From Pachysolen tannophilus NRRL Y-2460 (lineage: Eukaryota), in NCBI GenBank assembly GCA_001661245.1, contig KV454013.1, positions 21,005 through 85,004 on the forward strand: 64,000 nt of DNA, in the 5' to 3' direction. Made by a program: the position numbers and the translations under genes. Every line of letters starts with the position of its first letter. The stretch's first letter is position 1. The notes below the pieces were generated by a model, which ran no database searches, was not told where the DNA came from, and saw only the letters and a list, made by a program, of their open reading frames with translations. Positions 21,265 through 33,100 of this stretch are shown here, piece after piece.

Positions 21265-23973
21265 ATGCCACCGGCAAATAACCCATTGTCGCAAAATCCC
21301 ACATCATCATCGGAACAAGTGGAAGGTAAAGTGGAACTTGGCAAGATAAATACTGATGTAAAGAATTTAGAAGGACGAGAGCAAGTTGTTGTTGGTGATG
21401 ATGGAACAGAAAATGAAGTTGTGAAAGGGTCTTTAACGGGAGAAACTGGTGATAAATTATCAACTAATGTTACAAATAATAGATCTTCTGGAGGAACACA
21501 AACTGTTTTCATTCATAAATTGTATAATATGTTGGAAGATTCATCATTAAATCATCTTATTTGGTGGTTACCTTCAAATGATTCTTTTATGTTGGTTCCA
21601 AATGAAGAATTTTCAAAAGCTTTAAGTTCTTATTTTAAACATGCAAATGTTGCTTCTTTTGTTAGACAGTTAAACATGTACGGCTTCCATAAAATAAACG
21701 ATTCATTCCATAATGATAATAAAGATGAAAAATTAAAAAACAATAGTGATAATAATGAAAATAAAAATTCAACTAGTGGTAGGGATAATAATACAACACC
21801 AAATACTTGGGAATTTAAACATAGTTCTGGAAATTTTAAAAAAGGTGATTTCGAAGCATTGAAATCAATAAAGAGAAGATCAACTAAAAATACTTCTTCA
21901 AAAGAAACTTATAGCTTAACAGTTAATTCATCCGATAATACACCATTAAACTTACAAGCTATGGATCCTAATAATAAAAATAATGAAAAATCAATCCAAA
22001 ATTATACTCCAAGATCACCAAAATATTATACTGATTATGATAATAAAGAAACTCTGGAATCAAGATCAAATCCTTTACTGGATAGACCATCTATATTGGA
22101 TCATCGTAGAAGTCATCATAGTCATAGTCATATCCATCCTCAGCATCAACGCCTGCAATCAAGTAATGCTATTCCATTAGATTCAAACTTTATGAATGCT
22201 AAATTGAATGAGTTAAACTCTAATTTGATGACAATAAAACAAGATCATTTAAGATTGCAAAAAAAATACGATTTAGCAATTGAAGATTTGAAAAAAACAA
22301 ATTATGACATGGTTTACCTATTAGATATTATTAAAAGTTTAATTGAAGGGAATTTTATCAATAAAGATAATTCACAACTGGTTGATGATGCTACACAACA
22401 TAAAAGATGTACAAGTTCTCAGAATATTCCAATACAAGGTTCAAATAAGCCTCCTATTAATATTGATCCAAATAAATCAATACCTTCTGTTTCTAATATC
22501 TTAAAAGAAGAAACTAGTGATAATCAAAGCTCAGACATTCCTTCTAATCAGAAACAACAACCAAGTACATTACTTAGTGAAATAGACTCCAATTTACAAA
22601 AATTCAAATCAAGTATATTACAAAGGACAGCATCGAGGGAATATGATTTAATGCAAATGAATAGTGGGTTTGAACAGGATAGCAATCATAGTAATCACAA
22701 CAGTTTTTCGAGACGTCAATTTTCCTCGCTATCGGGAAATCAGAACGCTGCTATTGGATCAAGAGGGAACAGCTTTGCAACAAATGGATCTCTTTCCCCT
22801 ATTGGTCATGGAGGATTTTCCAATGCACAGAGCTCATCCCCTGTTCAACAGCAGCAATTCACTCCAACTTCTTTCCCACAGCCAGCCGATCAAGTTTTTT
22901 TACACAAGGATATCAGGTATTCAAGTACATCATCAGGTAAGAGACACGGGTCGGTCCTATGTGATCCTTTACAGCCAGACCCTTCACCTTCATTAATTTC
23001 TAATAACGTTAGCAGAGTTGGTAGTGAAAGTAATAACCCCCAACTTCATCATTCAAATTCCAGTGCTTCGATGAATTCTTATTATCCAAATGCAGAGTCT
23101 TTGCAATCGCTGCCAAATCTCAACTTGGGATATAGTCATCATTCATATGGGGGATATCCAGCTCCTACCATGCAGCAACAGCAAGGTTCTAGAAGTAATT
23201 CAGATGGATTTACACACCCAGGACAGCCACAATTCAAACAACCGAGCCCTGAATCAGTTTCTAATGGTCAAGTACTGGCTGTTCAACCCCCACAACAGCA
23301 TTTACAGCAACAACAACAACAACAGGGTTATGTTATGCCTTCACAACAACCGCATATCCAATCTGCTCAACCTCCCTTTCAACAACTTCCTAAATTAAAC
23401 CAACCGAATTCATCTGCTTCCGCTGGTTCATTACAAACTATGGATTCGTTACATTCCTCTTCATCGCTGACACCAATGACTACACCTTCTCAACATTTAA
23501 ACTCTAGGAAAAATTCTTTTGAGCCTGCACGTTCTTTACCGCAGCAGCAACAGCCGCAACAACAACCGCTGCAACAATTGAGACGGCCCGTTTTACAACA
23601 TCCTTCAATGCAATACTCACAACCTCAACAACTACCTTCACTTGTTCATAGTGATAATTTAAACGCGTCTCCAAATCTGCCGGGACCACCAGTTCATCAA
23701 TCTCAACGATCACAGCAATCACAGCAATCACAGCAATCACAGCAATCGCAGCAATCGCAGCAGCAGCTGAAGCCACTACAGCAGCAGTCACATCCATTAC
23801 GCCTGAATTCTGGAGTTTATTCTTTATTAAATCATGAACAAGATGACCATAGAAAACATGAAGGATCTCCAGATTTACAGCAGCAGCTGCAACAAGAAGA
23901 AAACAATTCTTTGAGAAGGGGTAGGAATGATAGCATATCAGATAGGGTTATATTTAAGAAAAGTAAGAACTAA
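21265..23973 (+). CDS. SFL1: HSF-type transcription factor Sfl1-like
   Basis: FIHKLYNMLED..LNHLIWW and YFKHANVASFVRQLNMYGFHK HSF domain, coiled coil, Q-rich tail, GVYSLLN motif. Confidence 0.75.
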   Translation: MPPANNPLSQNPTSSSEQVEGKVELGKINTDVKNLEGREQVVVGDDGTENEVVKGSLTGETGDKLSTNVTNNRSSGGTQTVFIHKLYNMLEDSSLNHLIWWLPSNDSFMLVPNEEFSKALSSYFKHANVASFVRQLNMYGFHKINDSFHNDNKDEKLKNNSDNNENKNSTSGRDNNTTPNTWEFKHSSGNFKKGDFEALKSIKRRSTKNTSSKETYSLTVNSSDNTPLNLQAMDPNNKNNEKSIQNYTPRSPKYYTDYDNKETLESRSNPLLDRPSILDHRRSHHSHSHIHPQHQRLQSSNAIPLDSNFMNAKLNELNSNLMTIKQDHLRLQKKYDLAIEDLKKTNYDMVYLLDIIKSLIEGNFINKDNSQLVDDATQHKRCTSSQNIPIQGSNKPPINIDPNKSIPSVSNILKEETSDNQSSDIPSNQKQQPSTLLSEIDSNLQKFKSSILQRTASREYDLMQMNSGFEQDSNHSNHNSFSRRQFSSLSGNQNAAIGSRGNSFATNGSLSPIGHGGFSNAQSSSPVQQQQFTPTSFPQPADQVFLHKDIRYSSTSSGKRHGSVLCDPLQPDPSPSLISNNVSRVGSESNNPQLHHSNSSASMNSYYPNAESLQSLPNLNLGYSHHSYGGYPAPTMQQQQGSRSNSDGFTHPGQPQFKQPSPESVSNGQVLAVQPPQQHLQQQQQQQGYVMPSQQPHIQSAQPPFQQLPKLNQPNSSASAGSLQTMDSLHSSSSLTPMTTPSQHLNSRKNSFEPARSLPQQQQPQQQPLQQLRRPVLQHPSMQYSQPQQLPSLVHSDNLNASPNLPGPPVHQSQRSQQSQQSQQSQQSQQSQQQLKPLQQQSHPLRLNSGVYSLLNHEQDDHRKHEGSPDLQQQLQQEENNSLRRGRNDSISDRVIFKKSKN

Positions 23974-24392
23974 ATTTCTCTGTTGTTTTCAGTATGATTT
24001 AGCTTTCTTTATTTTTCAATTTTCTTTAATTTTTCAATTTCACTATTCTTCCTGCTTTTATCATTGATGAAATACATAATGTTAGTTGTTTAGTTTCTTT
24101 TATTTACATATTTTTTTATTCTGCTTGCTTTTTTCATTGTATAAGAAATGATTTTAATGACTTGTATTTATAAAATAAATGTTATTTTTTAATTTTAAAT
24201 TCAGATAATTTTTATATTAATTTGCTAATTTGCAGTTCATTTTAAATTCTAATAAATTTTCCATTAAGAGCTATATACAAACAAAAATTAAGATAGATAG
24301 AAAAAAAAAAAAAAAAAGTAGCATTATCGAGCTATCTGAAATTATCTAACGAAATCATTGGAATTGAAAATAAAACAAAGAGAATTAAAATA

Positions 24393-24688
24393 CTATAGAA
24401 GAAAAATAAACATGTTAGTAAATTTTGATGCTTTTCAAAAGAATAAAGTGATCTTTCGATTCAATTCCGTCTTTTCAATCTTTAAAAAATTACATTTAAA
24501 AAAATAAATATTTCAGAAAAAAATTTTAAGGTAGCGTGGGTTTTTCCACATCAGCAAAAATTAAACCATAACGATTTAATTTGCCTCGAGCCAAATGCAC
24601 TCTAGTCATCATTTAAATTTATAAATCAAAAAAATTTTTCAAGATAAAACAAAAGAGATCAACAAATCATATAAATAAAAAAACATAC
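24393..24688 (-). other. Spliceosomal intron of a non-coding snoRNA host transcript
   Basis: GTATGT 24688-24683, TACTAAC 24420-24414, pyrimidine tract and TAG ending at 24393; flanking exons have no usable ORF. Confidence 0.8.
24510..24616 (-). ncRNA. SNR13: Box C/D snoRNA snR13 (U15 family)
   Basis: C box ATGATGA 24612-24606; guide GCATTTGGCT followed by D'-like CGAG; internal hairpin; TGTGGAAAAA; second antisense GCTACCTTAA; D box CTGA 24516-24513. Both antisense elements pair with 25S rRNA TTAAGGTAGCCAAATGC, and the layout matches S. cerevisiae snR13 as recalled. Confidence 0.9.
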
Positions 24689-25153
24689 TTTTTTTTTTTT
24701 CTTTTTTTTTTTTTTTCTAAGAATTATTCATTCAAGAAACTCTTTTAGTTTGAGATCATCATTGCAAAAGAAATATCTAATTAATAATGAAAATTCTTCT
24801 TTATAATTTGAAAAAAAAAAATAAAAAGTATTGTAAAATTAAAAGAAGAGAAGTTGAAAATTTTTTTGTAGCTTTCCTTCCAATGAACATGAAAATAAGG
24901 TTTTTACCCTATTTTTCAAAACATTTCCTTTTTAAGAAATAACGTATCGCAGTACACGACCACATATTTAGAGCTTATTCATAGTAAATTTTTGTTAAAA
25001 CCCATATTGACTTAAACCGTTAAAGATTGTTTGGAGTTGATCTAAAAATAAGAGTGAAGTAAAAGAAAGGTGAATTAAAAAGATTGAGTCTTCATTTCGA
25101 TAAAAAAGAAAAAAAAAAAAAGAGAAAAATAAAAAAAAAAAAAGGGGAAAAAT

Positions 25154-26053
25154 TTAGCTATCTTCACTTTTAGTGTATGTAACTTTATCGACTTTAACTT
25201 CACCCTCTATATGAGTATAGATGTATAAAGTGCATATATATCCTTGAACATCTAATAAACAGAAACTAGGAACAGGATCGACATATGGTTCAATGTTTGA
25301 GCAATTTATTTCATTCTGTACTTCCCCATCTTCAACAGATTTTTCTTCTTGTAATTGTTCTCCATTTTTTTCATTATCTAATTTTGGTTCTTCATTAATT
25401 TGAGATTCATCTTCTTGATCATTTGCATTTGATTCTTTTATTCCATCAGTTTCCTCGGTATTTTTTTCTTTATCTTCATCTTTTGGCTGTTGCTGTTGTT
25501 GTTGTTCTTCTTCTTCTGAATTTGTCTTTTTTGTATCGTCTTCAGGATTATCATTATTTATCTTTTCTTTTAATATGCTATCTATAATTTCAAGATCTTC
25601 TTTATCAGGTAAATTAGTACTAAAAGCACCTGTTGCACTTCCAGGGTTAATAAAAAATTTACCATCCAAAGTATATGCTTCAACTTTTGAAGTTCCACCC
25701 CATATAAGAATATCAATATCCATTAATCTAGCTTGTGATAATAAACTAATTGGATCATTTTGTGGTAGTACATTAAATCCATTTAATATTCCAATTTTTA
25801 AATCACCACTTTTCAAAATTAATGATAAGGGTAAATTTGTATCTTGATCACATTCACCTTTAACTAAATGAAAATCTGATGATATAGATTTTAAAAAATC
25901 TAATGATGATTGAGAAGTTGTAACATTACCTGTACACAAGACTTGTTGAATTTTATTTGTTGCTGAAGATCCAGTTAATAATTTTTTAAACTTATGAGGT
26001 AAATCAATTGCCCTTTCCGGGATATGCAAATCACCTATTGCTAGTAACAACAT
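25154..26053 (-). CDS. VPS29: Retromer subunit Vps29
   Basis: MLLLAIGDLHIP, FINPGSATGAF, PSFCLLDV, GEVKVDKV; acidic loop insertion. Confidence 0.95.
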   Translation of the reverse strand: MLLLAIGDLHIPERAIDLPHKFKKLLTGSSATNKIQQVLCTGNVTTSQSSLDFLKSISSDFHLVKGECDQDTNLPLSLILKSGDLKIGILNGFNVLPQNDPISLLSQARLMDIDILIWGGTSKVEAYTLDGKFFINPGSATGAFSTNLPDKEDLEIIDSILKEKINNDNPEDDTKKTNSEEEEQQQQQQPKDEDKEKNTEETDGIKESNANDQEDESQINEEPKLDNEKNGEQLQEEKSVEDGEVQNEINCSNIEPYVDPVPSFCLLDVQGYICTLYIYTHIEGEVKVDKVTYTKSEDS

Positions 26054-26443
26054 TCAAACCAAAATAAAAAAAGCAAAATATATATACCAATTACAAATAT
26101 TTTATAAACTTTTAATCTTTATTGAGATTACCATTAAATATACCAATAAGTTAATTTTAGTTTATTTAACTTTTTATTAAACTTATTAATGATTTTACTA
26201 TACGTTTCAGTTGATATGAAAAACACGACCGATTTTGGTTTATAATAATAGATTAGATAGATTTAAATTGAAATTATTTTTACAAATCTATACTTGATAA
26301 CTAGTATTGATCAGTTTTGATATCTGGTTCGAGTTAAAAAGTTTGAATGATGTTAAAAAAAGTTGAATGAAAAAAAAAAATGAAAAAAAAAAGATCATGA
26401 AAATAAAAAACTGTGTAATATTATATACCAATTTGACTTTAAA

Positions 26444-26906
26444 TTATTTTTCGTTCTCTTTGAGAAAATCACTATAAATAACAATTGATAATTATTTTTT
26501 TCATTAAAAGTTAGTAGAGTAAAGCTAGAAACCTGGTTGAGAAAAGAAAAAAAAAATAAACTTACTTGATAGCCTTTTCAACATCAATTTCTTCATTAGC
26601 TGCAGCTTGAGGAGCTTTGGTTTCAGCTGGAGCAGATGTAGGTGCCGACGATGGAATAAACTTTGGAACAGTGATTCCGCCGATAACTGTGGCAAGAGTA
26701 GCAATTGCTAACTATAAAAAAAATAAAAAATTGAACAGAATTGTATAAAAATTGTTAGTATCAAAAAATTTGTTATTTTTTTTAGTCTTCTCCCCTGCTC
26801 TGCTGCTAATCACAACTACCCCAATATTAAAAAAATTTATTTATATATAATTACATACCACATGTGGTTGAACTGTTTTACCAAAAATCTGATAGGCGAC
26901 AGTCAT
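26444..26906 (-). CDS. ATP19: Mitochondrial ATP synthase subunit k (73 aa, three exons)
   Basis: Exons 26906-26859, 26711-26566 and 26471-26444; introns GTATGT..TACTAAC..TAG and GTAAGT..TACTAAC..TAG; product MTVAYQIFGKTVQPHVLAIATLA...DVEKAINDFLKENEK matches the Atp19 pattern AY.I.GK...PH.LAI.TL. Confidence 0.92.
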
Positions 26907-27076
26907 ACTGGAGAATAATTGATTTCTATTAATTCAATTGATTAAAAAGTATATTTCTTTTTGAAAAAAAAAAAGAATCAATCTATGGTAACTAGTTGTT
27001 TTTAAGTGGTTGAGAATTCAATTCAATTCGCCTTTTTCTAACATTTTTTTACTTTTCGGTCATAATCAATTCTATC

Positions 27077-27085
27077 GTCACGTGA
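27077..27085. promoter_or_regulatory. Cbf1/bHLH site GTCACGTGA
   Basis: Exact RTCACGTG in the ATP19/HSP10 divergent promoter. Confidence 0.55.
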
Positions 27086-27476
27086 AAAACAAAAGAAAAA
27101 TCAAATCGGGAACTTTATTTTTTGAAACACTACTTTCTATAAACTTGATTTTCAATGAACGACTTTTGTGAAAAAAAAATTACTAATTGATAATATGCGC
27201 ACTACTATCTACCCAGTTTCCCAATTAAGATAATTGATTTTTGCAAACACTACTTTCTGTAATGAAAAATTAAAATTGTTGAAAAATTTCTTTCTAGTAA
27301 ATTCCGGTGGTATTTGGTTGTAATGGTGAAAAATATCTATTTAAACCTTCTCCATATATATATATATTTTATTATTGAATTTTATTTGATTATCCAAAAA
27401 CAATATTTTCTTTTTTTGTTATCTTCTCTTTAGATTGAATCTACTTAATATTATTCAACCAATTCCGTATTTAAAA

Positions 27477-27895
27477 ATGGTAAGTTTTATCTTTGATAAA
27501 TAAAGATTATTTTTTTTTATTAAAAATTGATTTTTGTATGGGTTAAATTTATTAATACTAACTTTTTAATTTTTCATTTATAGTCATCAGTTTTAAAATC
27601 AGTTAAAAGCATTGTCCCAATGTTGGACAGAGTTTTGGTTCAAAGAGTTAAGGCTGAAGCCAAGACAGCTTCTGGTTTATATATTCCAGAGAAAAACCAA
27701 GAAAAATTAAACATTGCTAATGTCTTGGCTGTTGGTCCAGGTTTTACAGATACTAATGGTAATAAAGTTGAACCACATGTTAAGGTTGGTGATAAAGTTT
27801 TAATCCCACAATTTGGAGGTTCATCAATTAAAGTTGGTCAAGATGAGGTTATCTTATTCAGAGATGCAGAAATCTTGGCAAAAGTTCAAGAATAG
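27477..27895 (+). CDS. HSP10: Mitochondrial co-chaperonin Hsp10, two exons
   Basis: Exon 1 is ATG only (27477-27479); intron 27480-27583 (GTAAGT, TACTAAC 27556-27562, TAG); product MSSVLKSVKSIVPMLDRVLVQR...KTASGLYIPE; 104 aa. Confidence 0.95.
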
Positions 27896-28061
27896 AATGT
27901 TTCAATGATTTATAATAATATACTAAAAAAAAAAGTATTATTATTCTAATTAGACTTGTAAATACTTTTATTTTTCTTTCTTGTCTCAAAAGCAAAAAAA
28001 TAAATAAATAAATAATTACTATTTTCTTTTTTATTTTTTTTTTTCCATATATTAATTACAC

Positions 28062-29741
28062 TTAATCATCATCATCATCAGTAATAGCTTCGGCAATTCT
28101 CCAATAAGTATCCAAATTAAATCTTGACAAGTAATTGATCAGGTCGGATTCTGTATCAATAGATGGAACTGACCATTTGTTGAAATGAAACTCTTTGATC
28201 TGTCCTTCCCATATTAAAGAACACTTATTTTTGGATAAATCTATATCTTCTTGTACCTGATCTTTATTTAATTGTTCAATTTGTTTAACTTTAGAAATAA
28301 CATTTTCTTTCCAATTAATCCTTCGTAACATTAACTTTTGATAATGTTCAACATTTTTTAAAGTACCTTCTATAATAACTAAAGCAAAATTTTCCCTTTC
28401 ACGCAATCTAATAATTACACCTTTAAGATTTAATTGAGCTGCATTAACATTCAATTTATAAAAATGTTTTGAATTAACCAAATGATCAATTTTAAAAATA
28501 TTTGAAAAAATACCAAATTTATTTAAATCATTTTCTTGTCTAATTTGTGTTTTATCTGTTGTACTTTTTTTCGATAATTTTCTTTCTAAATTATCCTTCT
28601 CATGTATTAATCTTCTTTGCTCAATTTCTGCTTTAACTTTTTGCTCAACAGCTGTTGGATCTTTTATTGCCTCATTTGTAAGAACACTCATTAAATTTTT
28701 CAACTTTACCTTTGGAGGTGGTGGAGGTAATAACCCTGCTCTTATTAATTCTTGTTCCCTTTTAAGTTTTGTTTGTCTATCAATTTTCCGCTTTTTTTTC
28801 AATTCTTTCTTTGTTAAATATATTTTTGGTTCAATTATCAGATTCATTTGACCTGAAGAAAGATTAATAGGTACTGGAAATTGAATATAATGTGTAATAG
28901 GATTATCTTCTGAAATTTCCATATAAGTTAACTTTGAAACATTTTCAATTTGATCATAACTATTTTCTTTTAATAAAGGTTTATCCCACCATTCCACATT
29001 AGGAGGTTGAACCAGTCGATATAAATTTTCACCAATTGAAATATCAGGTTCTAAACCCATTTTTCTAATCTCTTGAGATCGAAGCTCTTCTTCATGCAGT
29101 AATTTTTCAGCTTCTCTTAATTCTATTGCTTTATTGATATATTTACCCTTTTCATTAAATTTCAAATCTCTACGTGGCCTTGTGGGTACATTTTTAGAAA
29201 ACATATCTTCTTGACTTAAATATGGATTAACATCAAAACCTTTTCTATGTCTACGAGTCAGTAAAACTGGATTGACAATTGGCAGTTCAGGTGTAGCTGG
29301 TCTCGACAAGGTCTTCGACATCAATAAAGGATGAATAGCAATATCTTTTAGCCCTCCGCCACCTCTTTCTTCTGATGATTCTACTGTTCCTGCTGCTGTC
29401 TCAAAAGAAAGAGATGGCGATAACATACCCTTGGATGATTTTTCACTAGTAGTAGATGACGGTATCAGCGAAGTTACACTAGCAGATGTCGACCCCGCTG
29501 AAACACCAGCTTTCGCCCGAGCAGCTTGCATTCTAATTAACATATCGGGGGTGATATTCAACTTCTTCTTCTTTTGTTGCAGATAATGTCTATTATTCGT
29601 TAGCAAAATAGAAGATACCGAAGATGCAGAATCAGCATTCTCCCCATCTCCATTGCTGAATTTCAACCTTTTCACACCATTCTCACCATCATTTTCCCTC
29701 CCTATATCATCAATACTATTTTCTCTTTTCCTATTCGACAT
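28062..29741 (-). CDS. PRP3: U4/U6 snRNP protein Prp3
   Basis: PPNVEWWD, IYLTKKELKK, GLLPPPPPKVKLKNLMSVL, DPTAVE, KLMLRRINW, CSLIWEG. Confidence 0.93.
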   Translation of the reverse strand: MSNRKRENSIDDIGRENDGENGVKRLKFSNGDGENADSASSVSSILLTNNRHYLQQKKKKLNITPDMLIRMQAARAKAGVSAGSTSASVTSLIPSSTTSEKSSKGMLSPSLSFETAAGTVESSEERGGGGLKDIAIHPLLMSKTLSRPATPELPIVNPVLLTRRHRKGFDVNPYLSQEDMFSKNVPTRPRRDLKFNEKGKYINKAIELREAEKLLHEEELRSQEIRKMGLEPDISIGENLYRLVQPPNVEWWDKPLLKENSYDQIENVSKLTYMEISEDNPITHYIQFPVPINLSSGQMNLIIEPKIYLTKKELKKKRKIDRQTKLKREQELIRAGLLPPPPPKVKLKNLMSVLTNEAIKDPTAVEQKVKAEIEQRRLIHEKDNLERKLSKKSTTDKTQIRQENDLNKFGIFSNIFKIDHLVNSKHFYKLNVNAAQLNLKGVIIRLRERENFALVIIEGTLKNVEHYQKLMLRRINWKENVISKVKQIEQLNKDQVQEDIDLSKNKCSLIWEGQIKEFHFNKWSVPSIDTESDLINYLSRFNLDTYWRIAEAITDDDDD

Positions 29742-30106
29742 TGACCCTATTTATATCCAGAGAAAATATTACAAATAACAACTAACTTCAATTTCTATTT
29801 AACATTTAGATAGTTTGTGAAATAAAAAAAAAAATGTATATACGCTTCTTACAGCCCTAAATAACTAAAACTCATTTTTTATTTATACTTTATAAACTTC
29901 ATCATAAGTTACAAGTAAAATGGAATAAAAATCAAAATTAAAATCAAATTAAATCAATGACAAAAAACAGATATATCGAAATGGAAAATAGATGATGAAA
30001 CATGACAAATGAAGAAAAGAAAAAAAAAAAAAACAACAACAATATACAAAGGAATAATTTCAAAAAAATACAAATACAAGAGATTAAACTTATTTTGGAG
30101 ACAGAC

Positions 30107-33100
30107 TTATGCAAGACCAAAACCTTCACGTCCTTCAGTGATAGCTAAAAGTAACGAACCACGTAATGTCTCATATGACTCATATTCTGGCAAGTCGATT
30201 TGATTAAAGCATGTATGAGATGATGGTAAACGATCAGTAGAACCGTAATCCCTATGAATACTGAACTTTGAAACACCATCGACACCCGATAATTCTTTGA
30301 AACCATGTAATGGAACTTTACTAGTACCAGTAGCAAATTGTAATAATTTTGCTCTTTCTTCAGCATCAAAAGAGCGCACAGCACGCCAGAACCATTGAAT
30401 TTGAGGAGAAGAGGCAGAATAATTGTTATATGTAGTATTAGTTTTCCAGTCATCAATGTCAATATCAGGTAATCCGGATATTAAAAGTTCCAACTCCTGC
30501 TCATTGAAAATTGCAATAAGATCTTTTGGAATAATTTCATGGAATCCTTGCAAAAAATTATCCATTTGCTCGGCCACTGAACTTTGTAAACGATATTCAA
30601 CAATAAGACGAACATACTCTTGCTTATTTTCTTCAGATACAGCGATATTACGTCCATTAGGAATTAAATCAACTATTTTGTGTTCACCGTAGTCATCCGT
30701 TTCAACTGAAAACGTTTCTACAATGATATCAGTGATATCATTTTCTAACATCCAAACCAATGACTTATAATAATCCAAGTCTAAAGTTTCCATATCTTTC
30801 AACGATAATTGATCCCCAAGGATGCACTTATATACAGCTCTACTGAAATGGCAATCCAAATAACAATTATCACAGACAGCTTTACCAATAACACGACCAA
30901 TAAATTTGAAAAATGACAAATGCTCTGGATTAACCCACGATGTTCTATTTGGATGGAAAGTGGTCTTATCAGATGCAACAGGCGTAAACAAAGCATAATC
31001 AGGGTTGAACATTTGACGTGATAATACTTGGTACCATTCACGAGTAAGTCCGCCAGCATCGACACCAGCTTCTCCGCGGAACTTAATGTCAAGTTTAGCA
31101 TTACGGAACTCTTCGCTTGATTTGAAAAATAATGACCGATACGAATCCAAGAAAACCTGACTTCTACGTACATTAACAGTCAAAATCTGCCTTTCCGTGT
31201 TCTCAGAATGAAGCTTTCTATCAAAATAGTTCTTTTTGTTATCAAATTCTAGTACACGTGGATTTCTGACTAACATAGCAAATGGACCACTCATAAGTTT
31301 AGGATTAGTACGAACCATTTGATTCAAAATCTTCTTATGTTCATCGGTAAACGTGAAAAACAAACTCTCAATAGGTTCGTTGGTAAAATCAGCTTTTTTT
31401 GCCTCGTACCTGATAGCATCCTTGATCTTCAATTCTTTGACCTTACTATGCTTGCAAACAACCATGAGAGCTTCTATTAAAGGTAACAAGACTGTGACAA
31501 CAGGCGTCAAGTACGATTTATCTTGGAAGACCCGTAAAGCGTCACTTAATGCACCCCATAAAGGACCCAAAGCCAAGCTTTTATAAAGACTCGTTAATGC
31601 TTCAACTTCGGAGCTTTTCCTGTTGCCTTGTTTCTTTTGATCAAACAAATAATCAAGTGCAGTCAAAACTCTCAAAAGTTTAGCTTGATCTGAGCTGGCA
31701 GGAGTAAACTTAGGAAGAATATCGGGATCAATTTCTTGTCCTGGACCAACTTTTTCGATAGCAGAAACTAATAATTTAAGATCGGAAACTAATGATTGTC
31801 CAAGGCTTGAAGCCTTACGTGAAAGTTCTATTGGAAAAACCCTCTGAGCATTTTGAAGTATAGATAAATTTTGCATAGCACCTAAGGTTTGTTGAAACGT
31901 TTTACCAGAGCATTCATTTGCAACTAAAATATTGATTATAAGATCCAAGTTCAGATCCGGAACAAATGGAGGTTCTATATTCTTATGGTGCTCTTTATCA
32001 GATCTTTTATTATGCGCACCTTCACTTGCTATAGTTTGCTGTTCATAATTACTTTGATTTGGGTTTTCATTCAGTGGCAGCTGAGAATCAGATTGGCTTT
32101 TTTGTATTTCTTCAGATTTAGCTCTCTTCAATGACCCCAACGGGCGTGTGGCAATTTGTAAAGTACGTGATAAAATTTCCATTAAAGATGATTCATCTTT
32201 AACCAACTTCTTGTTAAGTAATGATAATAAAGAATTAATAGGATATTTTAGACTTTTAGTAATATCACCATTCAATTCAGCTTTCCGATTCAATTTTCTG
32301 GATGTAGACAAATTTTCATGTTCCGTTAAAAAATAATAACGCATATGCAAATCAGACTCCAATAGATACTGCAGCGCTTCAATAGCTTGTTTGGCAACAA
32401 TAAGAGGATTGGATCCTGTTGGAAATTCCTGTATTGATTCCTTGATTTGGACCTGAGTTAACGGCGTCTTAGGTGTATTGCCTTTAGGAACGTTTCCCAA
32501 TAGTTTAGCCCTTGCAGTAATCTGAACAAATGATCTTTCTAAAGAACGTTGATCGTGAAGTCCATCCTGAAGAAGAGAAAGTAAAAGACCCATAACTTCT
32601 GAACGAGTTTGCTTATTATAACACAAATACTCTAATGTTTGATGCAACGCCTCTCTTTGATTATATGGTTCTGGAATAAAAATTAAACGAAGCAATGAAG
32701 CAACTCCGGTTCTATCAACAAGTGGAGTGAAAAATAATTTTTGCTTAGTAGAATCTTTAGCTTCTACGTTGCTGCTACGCGCTTCAATATTCCTGTTATT
32801 ATTTGTGGTAACTGACTCTGAAGTTTCGTTACGGTTAGCCAAAGCTTCAAAATCAGCATAACGAGACGCCATTACTTCCTGATCAATAATCTCTTGACGT
32901 ATATTTTCAGGTAAAGCACTAAGGAATTCGGGATCAATCTCACGAGAACTGAAACCTGCAACATTAGCTTCAGCTCTACGTTCCCTTATATGTTGGGTGA
33001 AAACTTCTTCCCGCATGTCTTCTGGTAATGCTTCAAAAAACTCTGGATCAATATCTGTGCCACTAATATCGACTTCTCTATCACCAATATGAACATAAAT

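Noticed and set aside
23704..23766. 9-nt repeat in SFL1
   Set aside because: Ordinary coding QQS repeat in a Q-rich domain
24756..24762. Second ATGATGA upstream of snR13
   Set aside because: No D box or guide follows before the splice donor; probably chance
25250..25610. Long acidic insertion in Vps29
   Set aside because: An insertion in this loop is known in yeast Vps29 proteins, so it is not novel
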